DNA of 45,577 nucleotides from Acidobacteriaceae bacterium (GTDB lineage Bacteria; Acidobacteriota; Terriglobia; Terriglobales; Acidobacteriaceae). Where the stretch lies: NCBI GenBank assembly GCA_030038115.1, contig JASHPM010000493.1, positions 1-45,577 of the forward strand. The letters run 5' to 3'. This document shows positions 18,817-27,412 of the stretch, in pieces. A program made the position numbers and the translations under genes. Below the pieces are notes generated by a model. It was not told where the DNA came from, ran no database searches, and saw only the letters and a list, made by a program, of their open reading frames with translations. The stretch's first letter is position 1, and each line of letters opens with the position of its first letter.

Positions 18817-20019
18817 GTGACCCAGTCCCCAATGTCCTCTCCCTGGCCACGCTTCAGGTTGCTTCCAGCTTTGTTGGTGGTGCTTTGCGCAACAGGTTCA
18901 GCCGCTTCAGCCGCCTGGGCAGGAGATCTTCGAATTACCATCCCGCGGCACAGCGAACTAACGCCCGTGCAGAGGCTGAATCGACAGGGTGTGGAGGCTA
19001 TCCGGAAGGGCAATTACGACAAGGCCGAGGCGCTCTTTTACCAGGCGTATCTCTACGATTTCTCCGACCCATTCACGCTAAATAATCTGGGCTACGTTGC
19101 CGAACTGAAGGGCGATCTTGAGCAGGCGGAGAAGTTCTATCAGCTCGCGGAGAAACAGGAGTGCGGCGCTGTGATCGCCCTGAGCAGTGCGAAGCAACTG
19201 CAGGGACAGCCGATGATGTACGCGCTGGGGACGATCGAGAACCAGCCCATGCGCGTGGATCGCATGAACGTCGAAGCAGTGGGGTTGCTGTCGCAGGGCA
19301 GGAACGTTGAAGCTGAGTTACTTCTTCGCCAGGCACTGGCGTTGCAGCCAAGGGATCCCTTCACGCTGAACAATCTTGGAGTGGCGGATGCGGCCAGCGG
19401 AAACCTGCAGGGCGCATTGAGTTACTACGACGCGGCCGCCGCCACGAGATCGATGGAACCGATCATAGTCACGGCGAATCGCTCGTGGCGTGGGCGACCA
19501 GTCAGTGAGGCGGCCGCGGACAGCGCGCGCGATCTGCGCCAGCGAATGCGCGGCACGAACTTTTCTGAGTCGCAAGCCGCGATGCTGGCGGTGCAGGGAG
19601 TTTCCGCAGCAAACCAAAATGACTGGAACTCGGCTGAGCAGGATTTCATGAAAGCTTACCGGCTGGATCCGAACAACGCCTTTGCGCTGAATAATCGCGG
19701 ATATGTGGCCGAAAAAGAGGGTGACCTGGAGACAGCGCAGTTTTATTACGCAAAAGCGCGCAGGGCGTGGAATGGGAGCACGCACGTAGGCCTCGCGACA
19801 AAGATTTCCGCGGAAGGGGAGAGCATCGCCGCCGTTGCCACCGACAGCAACGGGAAGGTGGACGGCGAACTGGATGCTTACAGTCTGGGCCGGCGGGGAC
19901 AACCCGGTCCGGTCGAGCTGATTCCCAGAGGCGCTAACTCAGGTGAACCTGGTGTAACTCCAGTTCAACCTTCGCAGGGGAGCCGGCCCGGCTCTTCTTC
20001 AACACAGCCGCAGCAGTGA
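18817..20019 (+). CDS. secreted TPR-repeat protein
   Basis: 400 aa with a GTG start (alternative ATG at 18832). The signal peptide is LLPALLVVLCATGSAASAAWA. There are repeated TPR units (NNLGYVAELKGDLEQAEKFYQLA, NNLGVADAASGNLQGALSYY, NNRGYVAEKEGDLETAQFYYAKA). Confidence 0.75.
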   Translation: MTQSPMSSPWPRFRLLPALLVVLCATGSAASAAWAGDLRITIPRHSELTPVQRLNRQGVEAIRKGNYDKAEALFYQAYLYDFSDPFTLNNLGYVAELKGDLEQAEKFYQLAEKQECGAVIALSSAKQLQGQPMMYALGTIENQPMRVDRMNVEAVGLLSQGRNVEAELLLRQALALQPRDPFTLNNLGVADAASGNLQGALSYYDAAAATRSMEPIIVTANRSWRGRPVSEAAADSARDLRQRMRGTNFSESQAAMLAVQGVSAANQNDWNSAEQDFMKAYRLDPNNAFALNNRGYVAEKEGDLETAQFYYAKARRAWNGSTHVGLATKISAEGESIAAVATDSNGKVDGELDAYSLGRRGQPGPVELIPRGANSGEPGVTPVQPSQGSRPGSSSTQPQQ

Positions 20020-20023
20020 GATT

Positions 20024-21133
20024 ATGAGCCCCTTTCCCGACGCACAAAAGACAGTGACTCCATGCGCCGCCGACGAGTCAATGAAAGCTCTGTCGCAGCT
20101 GTTGCTCTCGTCGCGAAAGGCTGGGCCCCTGCCACCGGCGCTCTACGACATCGACAGGAAGGACTTCGACGATCTGGTGGAGCTGGCCAAAACGAATCAT
20201 GTAATCGTCCGCGGTCTGGCCATTGTCGCCGCGACGATGATCGATGCACGGGATACGGTACGCGCCGAATGGGTGGAGAGTGAGCTGGCTGCCGAGCGAT
20301 CCCGTATCGCGCAAGCGGTTGAATGCCTGCATTTGGTGTGTGCTGCTTTTGACGGAGAGGGTTTCGACGCAACGGTGATCAAATCGCTTGACCACTGGCC
20401 CGATCTAGGAAGCGATCTCGACCTTTATACAAACGCACCCCCGCGGCAGGTTTGCGCGCTGATGCGAAAGCGGTTTGGAGCGGAAACCGCACCTCGAAGC
20501 TGGGGAGACCGGCTGGCATGCAAATGGAACTTCAAGGTGCCGGGACTGCCGGAGCTGGTGGAGATTCATATGGGCCGGCTGGGTCAAACGGGGGAACAGG
20601 TGGCGATGGCTACAAACCTGCCGCGTCGCGCGCGGAGCGTGGAAATCGACAAGAGAGAGTTTCGGGTACCTTCACCCGCGGACGGCATCATGATCTCGAC
20701 GCTGCAACGCATGTACCGTCATTTCTTTTTCCGCTTGTGCGACATCGTCGATACGGCGGAGCTGGCCGCTTCCGGCATACTCGACTACGGCGAGCTGCGG
20801 TATTCGGCTCAGCGGGCCAGTATCTGGGAAGGCGTGGCGACCTACCTCATCATAGTCTCGGATTATGTTTTGAAGTTTCGCGGGACAGACCTCGGATTGC
20901 CGGCATTTGTAACAGAGGCGGCGCGGTTCGGCGGCGATCTCGTTCATCTCGGCGGGGACTTCCTGCGGGTCCCGGTTCTGCCCTGTGGCGCGCGGCTCTA
21001 TGGCTCGCAACTGGGCGGGCTGCTGCGCCGGCGAGAACTGCACAGCAGCGCAAGGGTTGGATTGCTTCCGTGGCTGGCCACGGCAGCGTTCGTGGGCGAA
21101 AAACTGACTGGCAACGACAAGGGTATTTGGTAA
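20024..21133 (+). CDS. uncharacterised nucleotidyltransferase-family protein (NTP_transf_5-like)
   Basis: 369 aa. The ATG lies 4 nt after the TPR gene stop. The motif IKSLDHWPDLGSDLDLY resembles the G[SD]x[DL]D[LI] nucleotidyltransferase signature of PF14907-type proteins that accompany polysaccharide/peptide-modification loci. Confidence 0.5.
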   Translation: MSPFPDAQKTVTPCAADESMKALSQLLLSSRKAGPLPPALYDIDRKDFDDLVELAKTNHVIVRGLAIVAATMIDARDTVRAEWVESELAAERSRIAQAVECLHLVCAAFDGEGFDATVIKSLDHWPDLGSDLDLYTNAPPRQVCALMRKRFGAETAPRSWGDRLACKWNFKVPGLPELVEIHMGRLGQTGEQVAMATNLPRRARSVEIDKREFRVPSPADGIMISTLQRMYRHFFFRLCDIVDTAELAASGILDYGELRYSAQRASIWEGVATYLIIVSDYVLKFRGTDLGLPAFVTEAARFGGDLVHLGGDFLRVPVLPCGARLYGSQLGGLLRRRELHSSARVGLLPWLATAAFVGEKLTGNDKGIW

Positions 21134-21242
21134 GTGCTTTGTAACTGCGGGAGGCCGGAGAAAACACATCGCCGGCATCTTCGTACTTAACCTAGTTGTT
21201 TGACACCACCATGGAGGTGCCGGGCTTTCTGCCTCCCGGCAA

Positions 21243-22286
21243 ATGGTTATGGGCTATTACGCGGTATTGAAGTCATCGCAGCTGGAAGCGAAGCAGGAGC
21301 GTCCGGCCGCCGCCACAAACAGCAGGCTGTTTTTGTACCCGAAGCCGTTTACCTTCGGACAGGGATTGCCCGAGGAGTCGCTTCTGGCGCGGTTGTGCGG
21401 CAGCCTGCTGGACGCATTATTTCCGCAGAAGTTTCCTCCCCTGAGGCTGACATCCCGGCCAGTGGCGGTCGCAGATCCGCTGTCAGAAAAGCGGAGCCGG
21501 GCAACCAGCGTGGCTTCGTTTGCGATTCATGGGGCGGTTATTGCCGCGATGTTGTGGGTGGCGCTGCAGCCGCGTCCCCACGTTGTAGCTGCCAAACAAC
21601 AACAGATCATTACTCCGATCACGTTCCATCCGTTCATCCCGCCGACGCCGCCAGCTCCGAAGCCGATGGCCGGGGGAGGCGGAGGCGGACTTCATGAAGT
21701 GGTGGAGGCCAGCAAGGGGCGCATCCCTCCCGTGGAGAAGCTCCGGGTTACGCCGCCTCAGATCCTCAGGATCGCTCACCCGATGCTGGCGACTCCGCCC
21801 GCGGTCGAGGCGCCGCGGCAGATCAATATCCCCAATAACACCATGCCCAACCTCGGCGTGCCGCAGTCTCCGATGATTGCGATGGCTTCGCAGGGATCCG
21901 GCGGCGGTTCGGGATTCGGCCAGGGTCTCGGCGGAGGCATCGGAGCAGGACAGGGCGGCGGCGTAGGCCAGGGGATGGGAGGTGGTTACGGCGGGGGCGT
22001 GATGAGCGTCGGAGGAGGCGTCTCCGCTCCGCAACTCCTCCATTCGGTCGAGCCGGAGTTCACCGACGCCGCGCGCCAGGCAAGATACCAGGGCGTAGTC
22101 TCCATTCAGCTCATTGTCGATACCTCGGGCAATCCGGAAAACATCCAGGTGGTTCGCCATCTCGGCATGGGGCTGGATGAGAAGGCGATCGACGCGGTGC
22201 GGCAGTACCGGTTCCGTCCGGCGATGTATGGCGGACATCCAGTTGCGGTGCGCCTTATGGTGGACGTGGACTTCCGCCTGTTCTGA
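21243..22286 (+). CDS. TonB-family energy transducer
   Basis: 347 aa with a single TM (FAIHGAVIAAMLWVAL) and Pro-rich then Gly-rich spacers. The canonical TonB C-terminal domain is present (PQLLHSVEPEFTDAARQARYQGVVSIQLIVDTSGNPENIQVVRHLGMGLDEKAIDAVRQYRFRPA). Confidence 0.85.
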   Translation: MVMGYYAVLKSSQLEAKQERPAAATNSRLFLYPKPFTFGQGLPEESLLARLCGSLLDALFPQKFPPLRLTSRPVAVADPLSEKRSRATSVASFAIHGAVIAAMLWVALQPRPHVVAAKQQQIITPITFHPFIPPTPPAPKPMAGGGGGGLHEVVEASKGRIPPVEKLRVTPPQILRIAHPMLATPPAVEAPRQINIPNNTMPNLGVPQSPMIAMASQGSGGGSGFGQGLGGGIGAGQGGGVGQGMGGGYGGGVMSVGGGVSAPQLLHSVEPEFTDAARQARYQGVVSIQLIVDTSGNPENIQVVRHLGMGLDEKAIDAVRQYRFRPAMYGGHPVAVRLMVDVDFRLF

Positions 22287-22292
22287 GGGGGA

Positions 22293-22315
22293 GGCTTTCT
22301 TTCAGGAGAAAGGCC
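22293..22315. terminator. weak hairpin between convergent tonB-like and VWA genes
   Basis: ggctttct / agaaa(g)gcc forms an imperfect 8-bp stem with a 6-nt loop. No U-tract is present on either strand. Confidence 0.2.
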
Positions 22316-22343
22316 GAACAGCAGGCTGAGAGAGGCTCCCAGC

Positions 22344-23504
22344 CTACTTCACTGTATATTCGGCTTCGGTCGGGTGCGCCGGGCGTATCTGCTGCGGATA
22401 GTATCCCCGGCGTGTTCTTACGGTCAGTCTGCCGTGCCCCGGCGCCTGTGCTTCGACATGCACGGTGCGGAATCCACCCATGTCCGGGGATTTTGTGGAA
22501 TGATAGCCGACGATGTACTGATTGCGGATATCCCGCGCCACCTCCGCGGCAATCGCGTCCACTTCATCGGGTGAACGCGGGAAGAAGGCAAGGCCGCCAG
22601 TATCGTTCGACAGCGTTTCCAGTGCGTCTCTGGCCTGCTGCGCTTCCTGCCTGCTTTCGGAGTCGTAGAGCAGGCCGATGGAATAGACAACCGGAGCGCC
22701 GAGCCTCTGCACGCGCTGCACGGCCTGCGCCAGAGTGAGGCGCGAAGCATTGTCAGCTCCGTCCGTAATGATCAGCAGCACTTGCCGCGGCCACTTTGCG
22801 TGGCCAGCCAGTTCGTCGGCGGAGGCGGCAATGGCGTCGTAGATGGCGGTCGTGCCAGTGGCGTCGAAATGGGCAAGGCCGCGCTGCAGGTCGGCGACGT
22901 TCGAGGTGAATCCCTGATCGAGGTAGGCCTTATCGTTGAAGTTCACGATGAAGGCCATATCCCGCGGATCGGAAGCGCGCACCAGATTCAAAGCGGCCAC
23001 ATTGGCAGTCTCACGTTTATCGCGCATGGAGCCGGAATTATCAACCAGAATTCCCAGCGAAACCGGGACATCGCCATGCTGAAAGGAAGCGATGGTCTGG
23101 GGAACGCCGTCCTCCCACACGCGAAAATCACCCGCCTTCAGATCCCTCGCCAGACGACCCTGGTCGTCGACAACGGTGCAGTCCAGCAGCACCTCGTTGA
23201 CGTTTTCGTGCAGGGTGTACACGTTGGCCCCGGATTTCGCGATGGGTGCGCCCTGCGCCGCAGGGCTTACCGGCAGGTTGTTCGCCGCATCCGGCGACAG
23301 CACCGGATCGCGGTCCACATCAAGGGCGGGTTGAACTTCGCGCTTCGTGTAATCGACGTTCGGGGCAGAGGCTGGCGCCGCCTGCGTGGAAGCCGCAGGC
23401 TGGTTCTGGGCCAGAGATGCCCGCGGACAACAAGCGAACGCGAGAACGACCGCCGAGAGAATCGGCCGGAGAACGCTGGATCGCAGGGAAATCGTGGCGA
23501 GCAT
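22344..23504 (-). CDS. secreted VWA-domain protein (acidobacterial VWFA-related type)
   Basis: The ATG at 23504 gives signal peptide MLATISLRSSVLRPILSAVVLAFACCPRASLAQ. A MIDAS motif is present (LGILVDNSGSM), and the remaining VWA features (IITDGADN) follow. Confidence 0.8.
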   Translation of the reverse strand: MLATISLRSSVLRPILSAVVLAFACCPRASLAQNQPAASTQAAPASAPNVDYTKREVQPALDVDRDPVLSPDAANNLPVSPAAQGAPIAKSGANVYTLHENVNEVLLDCTVVDDQGRLARDLKAGDFRVWEDGVPQTIASFQHGDVPVSLGILVDNSGSMRDKRETANVAALNLVRASDPRDMAFIVNFNDKAYLDQGFTSNVADLQRGLAHFDATGTTAIYDAIAASADELAGHAKWPRQVLLIITDGADNASRLTLAQAVQRVQRLGAPVVYSIGLLYDSESRQEAQQARDALETLSNDTGGLAFFPRSPDEVDAIAAEVARDIRNQYIVGYHSTKSPDMGGFRTVHVEAQAPGHGRLTVRTRRGYYPQQIRPAHPTEAEYTVK

Positions 23505-23604
23505 AGAGATTCGGCAGGGATCGGGGACTCCCTCGACGCTATGACACTCAGATGCAAAACGCGGGTCTCGGGAAAGCCGCAAAGACTCCCTGCAGGGACA
23601 AATT

Positions 23605-25662
23605 TCAATCAGCAGCAACGACACGAATGTGTGCCATCATGCCGCTGTCCTGATGCTCGCCGATGTGGCAGTGATAGACGAAGTCGCCCGGCTCGGAGAA
23701 GGGAATTCTCACCACAACGGTTGAAACCCGGCAGCGTCCCGCCCGCCACTTCGCAACCGTACCATCGCAGGCGGCTCCTCCGTTGGGCAGCGCCACGTTA
23801 TCCATCAGCTGGCCGGCATCGCCCGGCGTCGCATTCTGCGGCAGCACGTAGAATCTGGCCTGGTGAATGTGGAAGTTATGCGCCTCAGCGGACACGTTCA
23901 CCAGTTCCCACTCCTCAGTGACCGGAGTATTGTGGGGGCCAAGCGGCAGACAAACGCTGATCAGTGACGGGTCGAAGGGCGCTATGTCCCTGAACGTGCC
24001 TGGCACAGGATGGTCACTCGCATCGACCTCCTCATACCCAAGGCCGTACGCGTTGGGATTGGAAGAAGGAACCCCGAAGAAGATGCGGCGGCGATGGCCC
24101 TGGGGCAGAGCTGTGCACTGCTGCGAAGCGCGAACAGGATCGCCTGGGCCGTTGGAACTGGAGATCCGGTCCACCAGCGGTCGAGCGTCCTGCAAAATCG
24201 CCTCGGCGACGGGCCGAACATCAAGCAGAGAAGCACGGGCAGCAGCATCGGGCGGCCCGGCAGCGATGTGGGCGAGATTCGCCTGAGGCCAACGGTCGCC
24301 TGCCGGACCGGTAGAGACCATCTCTGTGAGCAGAGTTGCGGAATGGGGTTGCGGAGCGACCCAGATCTCCGCGCGCGCGCTGGGGAACATCACCAGGTGC
24401 GTGGCGCAGACGGGCGGTATGGACCCTGCCGTGTGGCCCTGGCACGGAACCGTGTCCGCTGCGTTTGCCGTTGCGGTTGGTATCCCGACTGCGGTGGTTC
24501 CGGCCGGAGGAGCCAGGGCAGCACCGTTCAGCGAGACGATCTGAAAGGGGAGGGGATCTTTGGTCTGATCGTCGCGCAGGACCAGGTCGTAGGTACGGCT
24601 TGCCCCGGCATTGAGGATGCGCCACAGTTCCCCCGATCCCGAAGGTGCGGGGATTTGAGGATAAACCTGACCATTGACCGTGAAGAACCAGAGTCCCCCG
24701 GTGTAGTCGGCGCCGGTGCTGCCCGGGTGATGCGGTCCCGGACGTGCGGGCCGCAGAAGTCCGGGTGGAGGGCGGAAATCGCCGTCGCCTCCGGAAGTGT
24801 TCCGGCCCTGGCAGGAGCCATTCCGCTGGACATACACCAGCTGATAGGGCTCACAAAAGGTAGAGTCCTCCTGATCGACAACCTGATTGTTGCCCATCAC
24901 CTGGATATCTTTCAGGATGAAGTAGCGTTCCGGAATCGCTGAACCATCGGGCACGGACGCATAATCTGTAACCCGGCCGATGGTGATGATCCCGGAGAGT
25001 CCCTCGGAGATCTGGTTGATGTTCAGCCCGTGAACATGGGGATGAAACCAGTAGATGCCCGAAGGGTGATGCGGCGGGATGTAGATGTCATATTGAATCG
25101 GCTGGTCGGTTGCCGTTTCGTCCGGGGATACCATGGGCGGCAGCTTTCCTGCCGGATACCCCAGCACGTAGACGTAGTCGCCCCAGGTGGGGTCAGTATT
25201 GTCCGCCTTCCGTGGCTGAACGATCAGACCGTGGGTATGGATGTTCACCGGATTTGCGGCCAGCATCGCGTTCATCATCGGATCGCTTCCGTGCGCGTAT
25301 ATGGCGTCGGCGGGCGCAGGCGGCAAACGATTGATGAGCTGCATGCGCAGGTGATCGCCTGGATAGAGTTGCAGGCGGATTCCGCCGTAGGGAGCGAATG
25401 TCTGCGAACCTGGCGGGCAGTTGCTCTTCCGCGCCACGGCTATTCTGCACATTTCGAAAACCCAGGCCACAGGGTGGCGGTCGCCGAGCATGATGGTGGA
25501 AGGTTCAGCGATGACCAGCAGGTCGAGCAGATGGTGCGAACTGGTAAAGACAGGAGGCTCAGCGGGGGGTGGAGCGGCCGCAATCGTCTTTCCGAAACTG
25601 TTCACTAAGACGAGAGAACCCAGGCAAATAAGGCCAGCCAGCGCAGCGACGGCACGCTTCAT
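23605..25662 (-). CDS. multicopper oxidase
   Basis: The ATG at 25662 gives signal peptide MKRAVAALAGLICLGSLVLV. All four copper-binding motifs are present: NIHTHGLIV, WFHPHVHGL, HNFHIHQ and YHCHIGEHQDSGMMAHI. Confidence 0.85.
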   Translation of the reverse strand: MKRAVAALAGLICLGSLVLVNSFGKTIAAAPPPAEPPVFTSSHHLLDLLVIAEPSTIMLGDRHPVAWVFEMCRIAVARKSNCPPGSQTFAPYGGIRLQLYPGDHLRMQLINRLPPAPADAIYAHGSDPMMNAMLAANPVNIHTHGLIVQPRKADNTDPTWGDYVYVLGYPAGKLPPMVSPDETATDQPIQYDIYIPPHHPSGIYWFHPHVHGLNINQISEGLSGIITIGRVTDYASVPDGSAIPERYFILKDIQVMGNNQVVDQEDSTFCEPYQLVYVQRNGSCQGRNTSGGDGDFRPPPGLLRPARPGPHHPGSTGADYTGGLWFFTVNGQVYPQIPAPSGSGELWRILNAGASRTYDLVLRDDQTKDPLPFQIVSLNGAALAPPAGTTAVGIPTATANAADTVPCQGHTAGSIPPVCATHLVMFPSARAEIWVAPQPHSATLLTEMVSTGPAGDRWPQANLAHIAAGPPDAAARASLLDVRPVAEAILQDARPLVDRISSSNGPGDPVRASQQCTALPQGHRRRIFFGVPSSNPNAYGLGYEEVDASDHPVPGTFRDIAPFDPSLISVCLPLGPHNTPVTEEWELVNVSAEAHNFHIHQARFYVLPQNATPGDAGQLMDNVALPNGGAACDGTVAKWRAGRCRVSTVVVRIPFSEPGDFVYHCHIGEHQDSGMMAHIRVVAAD

Positions 25663-25847
25663 GGGAAACACATTAGATACAAGGGAGCCGTGAGTGGTTG
25701 TATGTCCACGTGGATCCGGAAACCGCGGGATGCATGTGGCTGTTTCAATGCAGGTATCAGTTCCGGCTGCCGATGACAGCCACGTAAACCAGCGGCCGAG
25801 GATCACGCATCTAAGCTGGCGTCCTCCACAAGAGGATCGGAGTGGTC

Positions 25848-27380
25848 ATGCGAACTGTTGTTACCGCAAAGTATGCCCTCGCCTTTTGTTTTTTGACCTC
25901 TCTCACTCTGGCACTTTGCGGCTGCGGAACCTCCAACGGCACCGGGGCTTCCTCCGGGTCCGGAGGATCGACGGCGGGCCTGTCGTCGATTAATCACATC
26001 ATTTTCCTCTCGCAGGAGAATCGCTCGTTCGACCACTACTTCGGAGCGCTGCGCGAATACTGGGCGCAGAATGGGTATCCGGATCAGTCGTACGATGGCC
26101 TGCCGCAGTTCAACCCCACATCGGGGGCATCGCCGCTGGCCGGTCCGGCTCCGTCAATTCCGGGGTGCGATCCAAGCCAGCCTCCGCCCGCCGACTGCGC
26201 TTTTGATCCCAATAACTCCATCACCTCGTACCACCTGATCACGCAGTGCATAGAGAACCCGAGCCCATCGTGGAATGAAGGGCACGTTGACTGGGACTAC
26301 AACGATCCGACGGGGCAAAGTGCTGCGACCCTGAACGGGTTTGTCTATACCGCCGGGCACGATGCGCGGACGAATGACCCGCCCTACAACGACACCGACG
26401 GTATCCGCGCGATGGGGTACTACGACGGGACCGACCTGAACTACTACTACTTCATGGCGTCAAACTTTGCCACGTCGGACCGGTTCTTCAACCCGGCGAT
26501 GACGCGCACCCACCCGAACCGCGAGTACCTGGTTGCGGCCACGTCGGGCGGCTACGCTTATCCGGAGGGAACCGATGCCGCGGACTCGAAGCAACTGACG
26601 CAGACGACGATCTTTCAGGAGCTTCAGAACGCCGGGATCACCTGGAAGATATACGTGGACCCCACCAACAGCGGCTGCGCCGGACCGCCGTATGCCGCTT
26701 CGTGCCTGATTGGGCTGAGCTACATTCAGAACTTCACCTTTGCGAATACCATCGTGTCGCAGTACCCGCAAAACATTGCGCCGATCTCACAGTATTTCAC
26801 CGATCTGCAGAATGGGACGCTGCCGCAGGTGGCGCAATTCGAGCCGGCAACCGATGCGGGCCTCGATGAACACCCGACGGTCGATGACTCCGCACCGGAC
26901 AATATCCAGTCGGGAGCTGCCTACGTTGAGTCACTGATTAACGCACTGATGCAGAGCTCGTACTGGAAGGACTCCACGTTCATTCTCACCTGGGACGAAA
27001 ACGGAGGGCTCTACGATCACGTATCGCCACAGCCGGCAGTGAGCCCGGATGGAATCAAGCCGGTGGACCTGTTGCCGGGCGATATTTGCACCACGAGCAC
27101 AGGGCCGACGTGCGATTTTGTTTACACCGGGTATCGGATTCCACTGATCGTGGTGTCGCCGTACACGAAGAAGAACTACGTTTCGCACACGGTCATGGAC
27201 GCGACAGCGATCCTGAAACTGATCGAGACGCGCTTCAACCTGCCGGCTCTTACCAAGCGGGACGCGGCGCAGCCGGACATGACGGAGTTTTTCGATTTCA
27301 GCTCGCCGCCGTGGATGACTCCGCCAACGCCTCCCGCGCAGGCGACGAACGGGGCCTGTTACGTGGATCATTTGCCGTGA
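25848..27380 (+). CDS. phosphoesterase-family protein (PlcN/AcpA-type phospholipase C / acid phosphatase), putative lipoprotein
   Basis: The ATG at 25848 has GGAG 5 nt upstream. A lipobox-like LTLALCGCG is present. The family hallmarks INHIIFLSQENRSFDHYFGAL and TWDENGGLYDHV are both found. Confidence 0.85.
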   Translation: MRTVVTAKYALAFCFLTSLTLALCGCGTSNGTGASSGSGGSTAGLSSINHIIFLSQENRSFDHYFGALREYWAQNGYPDQSYDGLPQFNPTSGASPLAGPAPSIPGCDPSQPPPADCAFDPNNSITSYHLITQCIENPSPSWNEGHVDWDYNDPTGQSAATLNGFVYTAGHDARTNDPPYNDTDGIRAMGYYDGTDLNYYYFMASNFATSDRFFNPAMTRTHPNREYLVAATSGGYAYPEGTDAADSKQLTQTTIFQELQNAGITWKIYVDPTNSGCAGPPYAASCLIGLSYIQNFTFANTIVSQYPQNIAPISQYFTDLQNGTLPQVAQFEPATDAGLDEHPTVDDSAPDNIQSGAAYVESLINALMQSSYWKDSTFILTWDENGGLYDHVSPQPAVSPDGIKPVDLLPGDICTTSTGPTCDFVYTGYRIPLIVVSPYTKKNYVSHTVMDATAILKLIETRFNLPALTKRDAAQPDMTEFFDFSSPPWMTPPTPPAQATNGACYVDHLP

Positions 27381-27412
27381 TGACGGGCGGCCAGACTTTC
27401 ACTTAATCGTTA

